A DNA stretch of 63,619 nt, counting the filler, from Xylographa opegraphella (taxonomy: Eukaryota), in the NCBI GenBank assembly GCA_022813865.1. It is 3 parts of 3 records of this genome, joined end to end, with 100 filler letters (N's around TTAATTAATTAA, not from the genome) between each part and the next. Parts side by side here need not be neighbours in the genome. Positions count along the whole stretch, not along the records: positions 51,146 to 63,619 come from JALDZX010000165.1; 2 more parts are not named here. One strand, given 5' to 3'. Positions 63,201 to 63,619 of this stretch are shown piece by piece (position 1 is the first letter of the stretch; each line of letters opens with the position of its first letter). The notes below the pieces were generated by a model. It saw nothing but the letters and a program-made list of their open reading frames with translations, ran no database searches and was not told the origin of the DNA. The position numbers were made by a program, and so were the translations under genes.

Positions 63201-63560
63201 GCTATTTTTACTCGCAGCAAAGTCGAGCGTATATTATTTATTTAAAATATAAAAACGGCTTAAATTTTTAAACTAATAAACGTTTTTAGATTTAATTAAA
63301 AATAGTTTGTATTGTTTATTAACAATATATATTTTATATTTAACTAACAGAAATTTACGTCGTTTAAAAGCAATATAATTTAAAATATAAAATATTTTCT
63401 TTCATATCGTTCTTTCGCGTATTTAAAATACGTTAAAATAAAAAGTTTACATGAAATAATTAAGATTTAAATGTTAATCGTTGATTTATAAAGTATTAAC
63501 GATATTTATAAAACTTACGTTTTTTTAAAATTTCGAAATCAAAAAAGCTACGTCGTAAAT

Positions 63561-63619
63561 TGTTACGATCCTGCCTCTCACTAGTATAGTTCGATTAGGG
63601 ATCTGGGTTGGATTCGTCA
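63561..63619. mobile_element. Start of another LTR (truncated by the window end)
   Basis: TGTTACGATC start with an abrupt return to normal GC; contains ATCTGGGTTGGATTCGTC, similar to 25727-25744. Confidence 0.55.

Larger units (their letters stand above)
56560..63619. mobile_element. Large AT-rich RIP-degenerated nested transposon region (continues beyond the window)
   Basis: About 7 kb of extremely AT-rich, ORF-less DNA with residual CpG and embedded short LTRs. Confidence 0.85.

Overview
Intron-containing genomic DNA from a filamentous ascomycete (Pezizomycotina), inferred from short GT-AG introns with CTRAC-type branch sites and AT-rich blocks with a repeat-induced point mutation (RIP) signature. 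The gene-rich part contains, left to right: a partial secreted prepro-peptide gene, a stand-alone four-WW-domain protein, a tyrosinase pseudogene, a CECR5-like HAD hydrolase, REX3, a DUF676 lipase, an Asteroid/XPG-like nuclease, a DAG/sphingosine-kinase-like protein, several conserved hypothetical proteins, an EGF-like membrane protein, a phosphoserine phosphatase with an (EDG)15 tail, IPI3, an SGNH-type esterase/acetyltransferase, a tandem MET16-MET3 sulfate-assimilation pair, tRNA-Ser(UGA), prefoldin 5 and a multi-exon hypothetical gene. Three AT-rich transposon-relic blocks (about 25.7-27.4, 49.4-52.2 and 56.5-63.6 kb) carry short LTRs and assembly gaps. The best leads are the amphipathic-peptide precursor at the left edge (absent from the ORF track), the WW-only protein, and two non-canonical splice sites in prefoldin 5. 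All family assignments come from motif recognition by eye; no searches were run.
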